NCBI RefSeq assembly: GCF_001194135.2 | Contig: NC_068994.1 | Span: forward strand, 36,983,000-37,046,999 | Direction: 5' to 3' | Length of the DNA: 64,000 nucleotides | Source of the DNA: Octopus bimaculoides | Taxonomy: Eukaryota | In this document: positions 1 through 12,568 of the stretch, piece by piece | How positions within the stretch are numbered: position 1 is the first letter of the stretch | How the letters are laid out: every line of letters begins with the position of its first letter | Notes under the pieces: model-generated | What the model was told of the DNA's origin: nothing | The model's database searches: none | The model's input: only the letters and a program-made list of their open reading frames with translations | Translations under genes and position numbers: made by a program

Positions 1-14
1 ATTATTTTCTGGGC

Positions 15-186
15 ACAGGCATGGGACATGGCTGTGTGATAAAAGTTTGCTCCCCAACCACATAGCTCCAGGTTCAATCCTATTGCACAGCACCTTGGGC
101 AAGTGTCTTCTACTACAGCCCTGGGCTGACAAAGGTTTTGTGAGTGGATTTCATAGACGGAAACTGAAAGAAGCCCATCACACACT

Positions 187-238
<52 letters not shown>

Positions 239-432
239 CATATATTTGTGTATGTATGTCACCCACCACTGCTTGACAACTGATGTTGATTTATTTATGT
301 CCTCCTAACCTAGCAGTTTGGCAAAAGAATGTGTCAGGCTCAACAATTTGTTTGACTAAACCCTTCAAGGGGACACCCCAGCATAGCTGCACACCAGTGA
401 CTGAAACACATAAAAGATTAAAGATAAAAGAT
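15..432 (+). mobile_element. tRNA-derived SINE, family A (internal microsatellite), diverged full-length copy
   Basis: It has an A-box-like TGGCTGTGTG, a B-box-like GGTTCAATCC, the body CACCTTGGGCAAGTGTCTTCTACTA...GACGGAAACTGAAAGAAGCCC, internal (TA)/(TG) runs and a 3' GACTGAAACA..AAAAGAT tail. The same sequence recurs more than 10 times in the window. Confidence 0.85.
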
Positions 433-1294
433 ATATAAAAATATGTGTGTAGATATCTATATATATATGGGAAACTACATGTGTGTGTGTGTGTGCATGT
501 GTTTGTGTGTGCATGCATGTGTGTGTGCATGCATCTGAGTGTGCCAATAGCACTGTTATCTCTTAAGAAGAACTTTCATCTGTTGAATGTTTTACATGAA
601 TATTTTGTATTTTCTCTATGTTTAAGAATTGTATTAAGACTTTTGGAGTCTGATCAAAATGTAATATATACATGAGCATGTGTGCACACACACATGTACA
701 CATGCATAAAGAATCCTGTAAGAGAATCAGGTAAACACACTAAAAGTTCAGCTGCCATTTCGAACTAAATTAAAGACATTTCTGTCTGGTTATAGAATCA
801 AGAATGAATAAACCAAATTTTATACATTCAAAGCAAGAATTTTACTAAGTTCTAACATGATACAAAAAAGGTTTTCAGAGATCAAAACTACTAATAATAA
901 TTATGAACATTGATGTAATAAAGACATCAGAGACAGAAGAAAATGTTTAATTTACCAAGTCTAATGAAGACAATGATCTTAAAGACAACGATTGTTGTTG
1001 ATTAAAACTGTATTGATAAACAAGAATATTTTTTTAGGGTGGCTTGTTTCAATATCAAGAGTTTATATTATTCGTGAATATTTTTCCATTTTCATTTAGA
1101 GATATTTTAGTGTGGATGAAATTAATTGGAAACATATTAAGTTCATTAAGTCTGATAAACGGGAGCCTGTGGAAATTTAGTGTGCCAGCATCTAGTCTTA
1201 TCTATGACAAGTGCATATGTCTAAAGTACAGCTAAGATTAATTATATATATATATGAATGTATATAAATGGAGAGAGAGGAAGAGAGAGAAAGA

Positions 1295-1560
1295 GATTCA
1301 TGAATGATCATGGAATTGAAACAAGAAAGTACCCTTCCCAGGCATAAGTCTGGGCAAGGTTGTTTGTAGAAGACCAGTTGTCACCCATGCATAAAAGTCT
1401 TCCTGCTCCATGCCACACATGTTGTTCAAAGGAAAGGCAAAGGCCAATACAACTTGGCACCATTTCTATACCCGAGTGAACTGAAGCAATGTGAAATAAA
1501 GTGTCTTGCTCAAGAATACAGCACATAGCCCAGTCCTCTAAGCACTGAGCCATACAACTT
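1295..1560 (+). mobile_element. SINE-like fragment with a GTCTTGCTCAAGAATACA tail motif
   Basis: It contains GAACTGAAGCAATGTGAAATAAAGTGTCTTGCTCAAGAATACAGCAC. A related segment lies at about 28890-28970. Confidence 0.5.
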
Positions 1561-1579
1561 CATACATTATATATACATA

Positions 1580-1614
<35 letters not shown>

Positions 1615-2169
1615 AGCGAAAGAGAGGGAGAGAGAGATGTAAAATCATATATATGTATGTATGTATGTATGGGCTTCAACATGGTTATGGTGTTAAGAAG
1701 TTTGCTTTTGAACTATGTCCTTTAAGGTTCGGTTCCGCATTGAGGTACTTTGGGCAAGTGCTTATACTATCGCTTTGGGCCAACTTGTCAGGTATGTATG
1801 AATAAATGTTAATTTCTGTGAGTGCATGAGTGTGTGTGCATGTGTGCATGAGTTTGTATTTTCCCCCATCTTCACATGTGTTCTCTGGTGTTGGATGGTA
1901 TCATTTGTTTCCAGTTCTCCTCTGGGTAACTATGTCTGGGCTGTTTGTTATTTGATAGACTGGAAGACTATTAGCATGTCTGGTAACAGATAGGGGTTGG
2001 CATCAGGAAGATATCTTGCCACAGAGAACTTTGCCCCAACAGTCTGTGTGTATGTATGTATGTATGTATGTATGTGTANNNNNNNNNNTTTTTAATTTCG
2101 TGCATGTGCATTGTTTGTTTTTGATTTTGTTGACTACAAAGAATAGTAGGGTCAGTTGGGCACTGTCTG

Positions 2170-2515
2170 TGAGAAAATCAGTACCATGACGCAATTCACT
2201 CAGCCAGAAATTTGGAAACAACATGCTGTACTGCTTGGCAATCATGCCAGAAGCTCCAATACAAACAGATGGTGAACACACAGAACAACAGTTAGCTTGC
2301 TATGTCCCCAAAACATGTACCAAGAGTGATAAAAATCAAACATCTAGTCAACATCATGGTGGATCACTAGTGATGGTGATGTTATGCTTCCACACATCTA
2401 TCCACATGGCTTCAGTCTCAATATGGAGGCCTACATCAAGTGCCTGGAAGAAGTAGTGCTGCCCTGGTTCAAATAGGGTGGCTGCTGAAAGACCACATGT
2501 TTTGCAACAGGACAC
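2170..2515 (+). mobile_element. Degenerate Tc1/mariner-superfamily transposase fragment (catalytic region), truncated near an assembly gap
   Basis: Frameshifted translation gives KHLVNIMV / ITSDGDVMLPHIYPHGFSLNMEAYIKCLEEVVLPW / RVAAERPHVLQQD, including the QQD second catalytic Asp motif. Confidence 0.8.
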
Positions 2516-2552
2516 ACAAGCAGGAGGACCCAGGTATGGCTGTGTATATATA

Positions 2553-3508
2553 NNNNNNNNNNNNNNNNNNNNNNNNNNNNNNNNNNNNNNNNNNNNNNNN
2601 NNNNNNNNNNNNNNNNNNNNNNNNNNNNNNNNNNNNNNNNNNNNNNNNNNNNNNNNNNNNNNNNNNNNNNNNNNNNNNNNNNNNNNNNNNNNNNNNNNNN
2701 NNNNNNNNNNNNNNNNNNNNNNNNNNNNNNNNNNNNNNNNNNNNNNNNNNNNNNNNNNNNNNNNNNNNNNNNNNNNNNNNNNNNNNNNNNNNNNNNNNNN
2801 NNNNNNNNNNNNNNNNNNNNNNNNNNNNNNNNNNNNNNNNNNNNNNNNNNNNNNNNNNNNNNNNNNNNNNNNNNNNNNNNNNNNNNNNNNNNNNNNNNNN
2901 NNNNNNNNNNNNNNNNNNNNNNNNNNNNNNNNNNNNNNNNNNNNNNNNNNNNNNNNNNNNNNNNNNNNNNNNNNNNNNNNNNNNNNNNNNNNNNNNNNNN
3001 NNNNNNNNNNNNNNNNNNNNNNNNNNNNNNNNNNNNNNNNNNNNNNNNNNNNNNNNNNNNNNNNNNNNNNNNNNNNNNNNNNNNNNNNNNNNNNNNNNNN
3101 NNNNNNNNNNNNNNNNNNNNNNNNNNNNNNNNNNNNNNNNNNNNNNNNNNNNNNNNNNNNNNNNNNNNNNNNNNNNNNNNNNNNNNNNNNNNNNNNNNNN
3201 NNNNNNNNNNNNNNNNNNNNNNNNNNNNNNNNNNNNNNNNNNNNNNNNNNNNNNNNNNNNNNNNNNNNNNNNNNNNNNNNNNNNNNNNNNNNNNNNNNNN
3301 NNNNNNNNNNNNNNNNNNNNNNNNNNNNNNNNNNNNNNNNNNNNNNNNNNNNNNNNNNNNNNNNNNNNNNNNNNNNNNNNNNNNNNNNNNNNNNNNNNNN
3401 NNNNNNNNNNNNNNNNNNNNNNNNNNNNNNNNNNNNNNNNNNNNNNNNNNNNNNNNNNNNNNNNNNNNNNNNNNNNNNNNNNNNNNNNNNNNNNNNNNNN
3501 NNNNNNNN
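2553..3508. other. Assembly gap (N run); other gaps at 2079-2088, 16736-17211, 19783-19866, 55624-55968 and 61706-61812
   Basis: These are runs of N, mostly flanked by (TA)n. Confidence 0.99.
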
Positions 3509-3633
3509 TATGTGTGCATGTATATATATATATTTTGTATCTATCCATATCCATATATTCATACATACCTACATTACATATATTACATACATTATATACA
3601 TACATGCGCACATGCATACATGCATACGTACAC

Positions 3634-3666
<33 letters not shown>

Positions 3667-3689
3667 CATACATACATATGTATGTATAT

Positions 3690-4505
3690 AATAACTTTAT
3701 TACAATTAATTTTTTCAACTTTTCTGTTTTAAATTATTGGCATGTAATTTGAAATTCACGACAGAACAACAAGTAAGAATAATCAAATTTTATCTGCAAA
3801 AATCAACGATCAAATGTGCTAGTACAAAGAGCTTACATTCATCATATTCAGAACAGACAACCACCATTTAAACTAGCAGTATTCAACTTACTCCGGTGGT
3901 TTGAACAACAGGGGTCTATAATTGATTTACCACATGTGGGAAGGCTACATGTAAAGTGGAGCATTGAAGAAGAGCCTCCGACAACAACCTGAAGGCAGTC
4001 CCAGCAGCTGGGTATATCCTGAAGCTCACTATAGAAGATTAAAAGTATTATGAATTTATTTCCATACAAAAGTACTGCTAGTGCAGGAAATGAAGCCAGC
4101 CGATTATCAGGTATGATTAGTGTATGCTGCCCAGATCAAGAAACTCTAAATTCAATTGGCCCTCATGCTCACCTGATTTAATGGTTCCAGACTTTTTCTT
4201 GTGGGAATATCTGAAAGATAGAGTATACCATAACAAACCTCGAACCATCCAGCAGTTTAAGGTGAAGAAATTGAAGGAATAAGCCAAGAAACATTGCAAA
4301 TGGTGATGAAACTCTCTTTAGAAAGAGCTCACCATTTTTCAAGAACGAAATGATGACCATTTAAACGGACATCATTTTAAAAACTAATTTAAAATGTTTT
4401 TCAAGAAGTGTATTTATTGTTTATAAAAGAATAAATGTAAATATTTAATAAACAAAAGGGTTATTATATTTTGAAATGATCAAATGATTTTTGGGCCACC
4501 CTGTA
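3690..4505 (+). mobile_element. Internally deleted Tc1/mariner element (DUF4817-like HTH plus WPxxSPDL C-terminal block) with its right TIR
   Basis: Translated blocks include FTTEQQVRIIKFY, SNVLVQRAY..RQPPFKLAVFNLLRWFEQQGSIIDLPHVGR, SQQLGIS..NLFPYK and NWPSCSPDLMVPDFFLWEYLKDRVYHNKPRTI. The right end reads ...TTTTTGGGCCACCCTG followed by TA (4504-4505). Confidence 0.85.
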
Positions 4506-5689
4506 CATACATACATGCATACATACATACACACATACATGCATACATACATACATACATACATGCATGCATGCATGCATGCATGCATGCATGCATACAG
4601 ACAGACAGACAGACAGACACATACACACACACATACACACACAGACACACACAAAATGATGGATTGCAATCAGAGTTTTCAACCATGATTTTGATCAACT
4701 GATTTTTGATCCGCTGAATTATCAAACTCATGTAAGCGGTTGAGTAATCCGCAAACATGTTGCGTATCCTTAATGTAATTCTCTGGCAGAGTCTGTGTAT
4801 CACAATGTGACAAGGTTAGGCCTTTGAAGTACAGTGTAATCCAGCCAGCATGCTTCCATACAATTCCCATCTACCCTATTTCACTTACATAGATAGATGA
4901 ACATGAGGTTACAGAAAATGTTACTTGACCATGACATCACACATTGAGATCAAAATGAACAGCTTGTGATTAAGAAGCAATCTGCTTAATTGTGCTTAAA
5001 CATGTACATAGACACACGCCACATATATTCATATACTCTTACACATGCACACCTGCGTTCGTATGTAAATGTTTGTATGTACATTTTTATGAAAAAATAC
5101 ATCATTTAAACCTAAATTATTTAGATTAGTTTCTTGTGAGTGGTTGACAGTAAGCAGAATCTACTGTCGGAATTTAATTCACTGTTGAAATGATTTTGCA
5201 TCAATTTCAATTATAAGCTATTATTGGTAAAGGCATGAACATCACAACACATCCTTTAAAAGATAGTTCTGAAATGGCTGCATACTTAAGGTAGTACATT
5301 AGAAATCATAATTATCAAATGTGTTAATTCTATACTCTTCAGCTCATCTAGACTTGAGGACTTGGCCAGAAATTTTGGAAGTCATACTTGTGATAGTCTG
5401 ATGTTCTCTTCTGGGAAGATATTTATTCAGTTTTTATTTAATGCTATAAGCTTTCAGTTAATTGCCAAAACTTGTGAGACACAAGAGACTTTAAAGATTC
5501 ACCTCTTTATAATGCTCAGTATATCTTTCGTTGGTACACAACCTTTTTTTCAGTACTCACAATCAAAATTTACATATAGCAAATGATAACATAGGGAAAA
5601 TAAACATTGGAGATATTTTGCCCATCTATTAAGTACAGAAACTACTCAGAAGTATTGCAAGCTCTTTTAAGTCCATCACAATTTTAGAA

Positions 5690-6175
5690 ACCCTTCCATA
5701 TCATCAGCAGATATTTCAGGATCACAAGCATCTCATTCCTTAGCTTCTATGCTTTGCCTGAAAGGGGCAGCAAGGACTGAATTAGTCTTAGTCTGTAAAA
5801 GGGTTCCAACTTTGGTCTCTTGCTAACCGCAGCCAGCTGCTATACCTATCTCCTTGATGGCTTCTTCAGCTGTCTGGGTTCTAGTGCACCAATCTAGCTG
5901 GAGAGCCATGGTAGCCAAAAGCTTCAATGGAGAATGAGGCTACCTGCCATCCTTTAAGTGCCTCATCGACCAAGTCTTGTACGAAATTCTTTTACTGATA
6001 ACTCTCTGACTCTTTAAATCAACAGTTCCATAATGGAGCTTCAAAGACCTTTTTTCCACGGGAGGAAATACTGTAACACTGAACTCCTGATTGGTATTTG
6101 AAGAAAACAGTGAGTTGATGAAATAAAGTTCAGCCACAACCATGTGAAGATGCTGACATCAAATCTTGACTGGCA
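5690..6175 (-). mobile_element. 3' remnant of a restriction-like-endonuclease non-LTR retrotransposon (Hero-like)
   Basis: Frameshifted blocks QDLMSASSH/MVVAEL, VQDLVDEALKGWQVASFSIEAFG, AIKEIGIAA and WLRLARDQSWNP parallel the Hero C-terminus as recalled (PD..VVLLELTVPWE..Y.DLV.EC...GW....IEVG..AIKEIG.AA...WLW.KR). A 3' UTR-like CCTGAAATATCTGCTGATGATATG follows. Confidence 0.6.
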
Positions 6176-7943
6176 TTTGGAAAAGAAATAGCTTATCTAA
6201 TAGAATAGTGTCACGATCATGCTGTTATGATAACCTACATTTGATATTTCGAAGACTGAAATGAAAGTAAGGAAGAAAAAAAAATGTACATTTTCCTATA
6301 AATATTTATCTTTCTTTGTTCACTTTAGCTAATACCATTTATAGAGTCCAAAAATATTTCAGACACATTGATGTTATGCTGGTATTACAAATGTAAAGGA
6401 AGTTACTTATATTTCAATTTACTCAATGATAACACTAAAATAGTCATGAAGTCAGATGTTATTACAAAATCTGTTCTGTTTATTCTATCTCTATGCAATT
6501 CTCTATAAAACCATTCTAGAAATGTACCATCTCTTTTTCACATTAATCATGCTATTAATTTTTTCCCTCATAGCCATCTCATTTCTCTTATAGCCAATGA
6601 AATTTTCCTTGATTGCTGTATGTGATATTAACTCTTGCATATTTATTCTGATGTTTCCCATTATTTCTATTTGTATGAATATCTCTGTGCATGGTATTTG
6701 GTATGTGTGTGAGTGTGTATCTGTATGTCTGTATGTTTATGTGTGCATATGTTTGTGCATGTGTGTGTGTGTGTGTGTGTATTTGTGTTCATGTGAAAAT
6801 GTACTTCTGTCTGTCAACTAGATTTAATCAAGGGCATGTCCCTCATCATACAATGATTCAACTAAATGTATAATACAAAAAAATGCTAGTGTGTTCTGAG
6901 GTGCACAGTAGGACAGAAGATGTTAATCAAGGTTTCAATACAATGCTGGTAATTCTATAATCCAAATGTTTAGACTTCTATCTGAAAGACTGAATCAATT
7001 AATTAGGAGTTACATTGTAAAACACACTTGGATGTGTGAAAACAGGAGGAAGCAAGGAATATTTATTAATCAATCAATAAGCCAAGATTCAACACTAATG
7101 GACAGATAAAGACATGATATCAGCACTGTTTAGTAACATGACACATTTTCCTTCTGTCAAATGTCACTATCACTTAACTATAGCCTCTATATCTTCACTG
7201 ATAGTTGATTAAATTTGTTACTTCTTTTTTACTATTGCTTCTTGTAACTCGATTCTTTATGTAACTTTTTTTTTTTCTATTATCAATTGATATGATAAAT
7301 TTGTTGAAAACTATCAATCACACCTTAACATCCTTTTGCATTGGTCTGTCTTTGTACAATGTTGCAATTACCAGGCCTTGTATTCTGAATGTGAACTGAG
7401 AATTTTCTCAAATACTTTTGCAAAAATTTTTTTAACTCAGTTTGAATGAAATAATTAAATTCTTGAAAGTCTTTTCTGATGTCAAATAATCTAATGACAC
7501 AAATTGAATAAAGATAATTAGAATAACTGAAAGAAATATTAAGTTAGAAGAATATATAAAATGATCTCCTACACATCTCATAGAAGTATTCAATTACAGA
7601 TTCTTAGTATTCTCTCAGCAAACTTCCTCTTTTTTTTTTCCAACTTATTTTAGCATTCTCTTAAATAGTTTTTCTCCCAGAGAAATCATGTGAGAATATA
7701 AGAGTGGGCACCATCTCAGAATACTCGAGTATTTATATCAGGTGACATAAGAATATTTCAAGAAATAGGAGTCTATTGTGTAATCACTTTCTGTACAAAT
7801 TCTATTACTGCTGAAGCTATGTATTTAAGTTGGATTTGAACCAAAATTCTATTAATTCCAAGTTCTGATTTAGTGGAGTTTTCTTATTGATATTGATTAA
7901 GTAACAAAATATTTCAATAGAAATTATAAGTGTAAAAACTTAC

Positions 7944-10355
7944 CTGATGTGTCCCTTGGATAATATTTTGGTGTAATATTCCTGTTGGGGAATTTTTCCA
8001 ATTTTGTCCAGGTTTATGTCTGGGAAGTGATTCTTTTTTAAGTGTAGCTGTCTGTGTATTTCTTTTCATGCTGTTGTCAGATACCATTGTAATAGAAATA
8101 TCATATTGAGGAGAGACAGTCTCAGAAACATATTCTGATGGTCTCCTCTCTTCAGCAAACTTATTATTCCCATCTACGTCGTTAGTATAGAGAAATTTTC
8201 TTTGGTTGTTTTTCTGAATGATACATATTGCAATGGAAACCACAATAGCAACAGATACAATGACAGCTGCAATAACTATAACAGCAACTAAATTAAAATG
8301 TATCTTTTTATCAGCCTCTATGCCTATAGGTGTAAACATCTTAGACGTATTGTTACTGACAGTCAGTGTCAAAGACAGTATAGTTGTTGCTGATAAAACT
8401 GGTGTGCCACTGTCTTTGACAACAAACTGAAGATCATATAATCCTGCATCATTTTGGTAAACTGTTCGATAATAAGACAAAGTTCCTGTGTAAGGATTTA
8501 TTGTAAATAATTGTTTTCCATTTCCAGAAAGTATTTCATATTTGAGAAAAGCATTCACGTGACTGTCTCTGTCTGAAGCTCTCAAGGTTGTAATGTCACT
8601 ATTACTCTGTGGATGGTAGTGAACATCTAAAGTGAAAGGGCTAACACTGGGAAATGTAAAATAGGGAGCATTATCATTTTTATCCATAACTTCCACAATT
8701 ACAGTAGCAGCGTTACTTAATGGCGGAATACCATTGTCTTTGACTAAAACTTTAAATTTATAGACGTCTTGTTGTTCCCGATCCAACATTTGAGTCGTTA
8801 CAATAAATCCAAAGTTGGATATCTTAAAAGGTAAAACACGGTTGTGGTCATTCAACAAAGAGAAAGAAAGTCGACCACCAGATCCTTGGTCTTGATCAGT
8901 TGCATTTATCAAACCAATTGGAAAATTTGGTTTCTCATTTTCATAAGTTAAAAATTTGAAAACATCACGAGTAAAATGTGGTTGAATGTCATTGATATCT
9001 TTTACTTGAACTGTAAACATTCTTTTGGTTAGTAAAGGGGGCAACCCTTTGTCTTCACATACAACTGCAAAATTAAGTTGACTTTGACTTTCTCTGTTCA
9101 CAGTATTTTTGATGACTACTTTGTATTTGTTTGTTCCCAAACTTCTGAGTTCCAGTTTGTCATGTTCAAGCTGACAGGAAACTTCTCCATTTAAACCAAT
9201 ATCATTGTCTATAACTTTCACATAAGCAATGAAACTTCCAACTTTTACTCCTTCAGATATTGTTACTCTGTTGCCTTCAAACTTTGAAACAAACTTCATA
9301 TCTATTCTTGGAGCATTATTTTCTTCGTTTAATATGTTTATCAAAACAATTGCAGTTGAACTTAAGGGAGGATTACCATTATCAATAGCTTCAATATAAA
9401 GCTTATACATTTGTTTCCTTTCACCATAGTTTGTCCGAGACTGGAAAATCTCTCCCGTTTTTTCATTAATTGTAAAATGAGATTTTGCAAGAGGAGATGT
9501 TTTTGAGCCAAATTGGTATAAAATTTCACCATTTTCCCCTGAGTCTAAGTCTGTTGCATGCAAAACAAACACTGGAATATCTTTCCGAAAACCATTATTA
9601 ATTGATACATTATATATATCCTGAGAAAAGGATGGAGAATTATCATTTTCATCTGTAACTGAAATCTGAATATCTAAAATGCCTTCCTTTGGTGGTGAGC
9701 CGCCATCTCTGGCAATAACCTGCAGAGCATAGCTATCTTTCAATTCTCTGTCAAGTGCTTCTTCTAACATGATACCAATTTTAGCTGTTCCATCAACTTT
9801 TTTATTAACTGATAAAGAAAAGGGTTCATCTAGGTTCTTGTAAAGCTGATAATTAATCTGGTTATAAAGTGTGCTAACATCTTTGTCTAAAGCATTCGGT
9901 ATTGATTTCATAAAACCTTCTCTATCAGTTTCAGAAAATTGAAGTTTGATTTGTTTGCTGGAGAATTCAGGAGCATTGTCATTAATATCATCAATGATTA
10001 TTTTAATTTCCAAAATTCGGACAAAAGATTCCTCATGCCTGACTGCAATCTCTACCATTTTAAAACATTCTGAATTATATTTACAGAGGGATTCAGCATC
10101 TAATATCTGTGTTGTGTACATTTTACCTGAGCTAGTTATGTTAAACAGTTCAAAATCTTCACTAATACTTTCATGTAACTGGCTGAATGTAACAGAGCCA
10201 TGTTCTTGAGAAGGCATGCTGTCCAAAAAATGAGTTTCATCAGCAATATTCCCTATAAATGTACCTGGACTGTGACCCTCTGGCACATGGAAGATAACAT
10301 CTACAGACAACGATTCTCCAAGAATGAACAATACTACACAAAATTTTAACATCAT
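7944..10355 (-). CDS. Pcdh: Protocadherin large coding exon: signal peptide, EC1-EC6, TM and proximal cytoplasmic tail (804 codons); spliced at its 3' end
   Basis: The ORF has cadherin motifs (VPEG, LDAE/LDRE, DKD/DLD/DND/DQD/DRD, DINDNAPEF, DENDNSPSF, DKNDNAPYF, DGGSP/DNGNP/DKGLP/DNGIP/DSGTP) in six repeats, the EC1 Cys pair LCKYNSEC, and a hydrophobic TM (LVAVIVIAAVIVSVAIVVSIAICII). The ORF track starts at a TTG (10361); the first in-frame ATG is 10355. The donor CAG|GTAAGT follows GTHQ, with the exon ending at 7944. Confidence 0.95.
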
Positions 10356-10464
10356 TTTCAATCATAAGTTAGCTGAGAAAACTGATTAATTTGTTTCAAC
10401 TCCAAATAAGTCTTCACTGTGAAGTAACAGTAGCCATCTTGATTTTTTCACTCATGAAGTAAAT
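10356..10464 (-). other. 5' UTR portion of the protocadherin large exon, with its splice acceptor
   Basis: The minus strand reads CTTTTTTCCAG|ATTTAC, with AG at 10466-10465, directly upstream of the ATG. Confidence 0.6.
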
Positions 10465-11264
10465 CTGGAAAAAAGTTGATTATTTTTCAATTAGCGAAAC
10501 ATTATTTTTTTCAAGACTTTTAGAATTGATTTTTCACTCAATAAAATTAAAAGTACTTATTAAAATTTATCATTTATTCATTTACTTTTTTTATATTTCT
10601 ATCTTTACAAAATTAGCTTAGCACAAAAATACAAATCTTAAATTAAAATCTGTGTAGATCTAAATTAAGAAGGAGTGTTTACTAAATTTTTTGGTTTCCA
10701 TCCAAACTAATCTAGTGAAGCTTCAGCAAAGCCATGAGTAAATAGCATTATGAGTTTAAATTCCAATTTACTTCTATAAGCAAAGGTTTCACACTTTCAC
10801 ACCATTTTTGGTTGGAAAGCATAGCAACAATATATTCATCACAGAAAATTTTTTCATAGATTATAAATGCTTCATAATCTAATTTGGCCAAGGTGATGAA
10901 AATGAAAATCTATTTTCATAAATGCCATATATTATTGTGAAAAGCTGCCTATTTGAAATAAGTGAAATACATTATTTGCAGATTAAGTAGGTTAAAGGGG
11001 AAAAATAAATTGAATATGAAAGGTTGAATAGATTGCCCCTTAGGATAAAGAGAATAAAAATTATGAATAAATTCATCTAAGTGGGTGAAATTTTAATAGC
11101 AGCTTCTTAGCCTATATTTTGTTTAAGATATGAAGAGAACAATCTATCTTTCTTTCTCTCTCTTACACCCATCCATGTAGGTGTCTTTGCTTAGATGCAT
11201 CTGCATTTCTTCCTCTTTATCTCTCTCTGTCAACATACAAAGAGGTATGTGAGTGTATACATAT

Positions 11265-11336
11265 ATAAATACATACACATATATATATATATATATAGTA
11301 TGCATGTATGTGTACATATATCTTTTATACATAGAC

Positions 11337-11396
<60 letters not shown>
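11265..11396. repeat. (TA)n/(CA)n/(TACA)n microsatellite cluster, representative of dozens in the window
   Basis: These are directly visible. Other long clusters lie at 3510-3690, 4505-4650, 12490-12562, 13410-13462, 15915-16020, 17212-17470, 38670-38940 and 60570-60690. They explain nearly all YIYI/HTHT/VCVC ORFs in the track. Confidence 0.97.
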
Positions 11397-12486
11397 TTGC
11401 ATGTCTTTTAGCAGTGGCTTGTCAGTTTCAAAGTGGTTTAGAATGAATGAAAAAAGTAAGCTCCTTCCCACCACTTGCTTAGGGGCTCACCTTGGGGAAA
11501 TAACAAAACCTCACCCTAGATTCAATTCTTTCTTTAGCCTCCTAAACTTCATTCACCTGAATAAAGATGTCCAAAATGACTGCAAATCTCCGTCTCATGC
11601 CAATAATATTTTGTTATTGGTAAACCTAGCAGAGCTGACAAGGGAACAGATGGAGAATAGTGGAGCCCCAGTTCAATTTAATCCTGTTTCAATTCATGTG
11701 AGTTGTTAATGCAGATTACACATGTTTCAATAAAACCTTAATTTAGTCTTGATAATTTTGTCTTCAACCAAACTGAGATGATATCCTTATATATATATTT
11801 ATACACACATACACACACACACACACAATATTATATTATATATATTATTTATGTGTTTGTGTGTGTTTTAAATGTGTGTCTGTCTGGCGGGGTGGGGGTA
11901 AGGCAGAGAGAAGGAGATAAAAAGAGATATTTAACTGCTGTAAATCCATTTTCCCATGTTAGAATGGGTGAATGGTTTTGCATATTTAGATATTTGCATA
12001 TTGTTGGAGCAAATGTTTTTACAGTTGGATGCCTTTCCTAATGTTAACTAGCCAACCATAAAGCGGGGCTGAGACTATTTTTCAGCTACCTATACTGAAG
12101 CAATGCACTTTGAACTCATTAAAGTGTGGTCAGCAGTCCAGCACATCATATTAATGGCCTTTGCATCTCTGCCTATAGATGCTTGTGTATTTATGTGTGT
12201 ATATATGTATATATTATGTGTGATTGTTAGTATATGTTAGTATGTATGTATCTATGTAAGTGTATATGTATGCATATTTGCATGAATGACTGTATCTATC
12301 AATTCATTAAAACACACACACATGCATATGTACACACACTCACACACATTTAACTAGCTAAATGTATATATCTAAATGCATGTATTGGAGGATATTTATA
12401 CTTGTCTCCATATTGCCGAATGGCTGCTTCTTACACATATTTGCATATACACTTACACATATGCATGCATGCATCATACATACACA

Positions 12487-12568
<82 letters not shown>

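Noticed and set aside
2354-3752. ORFs of 360-430 aa spanning 2.4-3.7 kb (also 16.5-17.5, 55.5-56.2 and 61.6-61.9 kb)
   Set aside because: They are artefacts of translating through N gaps and microsatellites.
4679-4870. QTLPENYIKDTQH resembling a Penelope RT motif (SYIKDT)
   Set aside because: It is a single short motif with no supporting neighbouring RT motifs.
5940-6143. 67-aa minus-strand ORF as the next Pcdh exon
   Set aside because: Phase-0 splicing from the nearest acceptor gives no tail-like peptide, and the region is better explained as a frameshifted Hero-like retrotransposon relic.
8218-10209. Plus-strand ORFs at 8218-8430 and 9946-10209
   Set aside because: They are antisense shadows of the protocadherin CDS.
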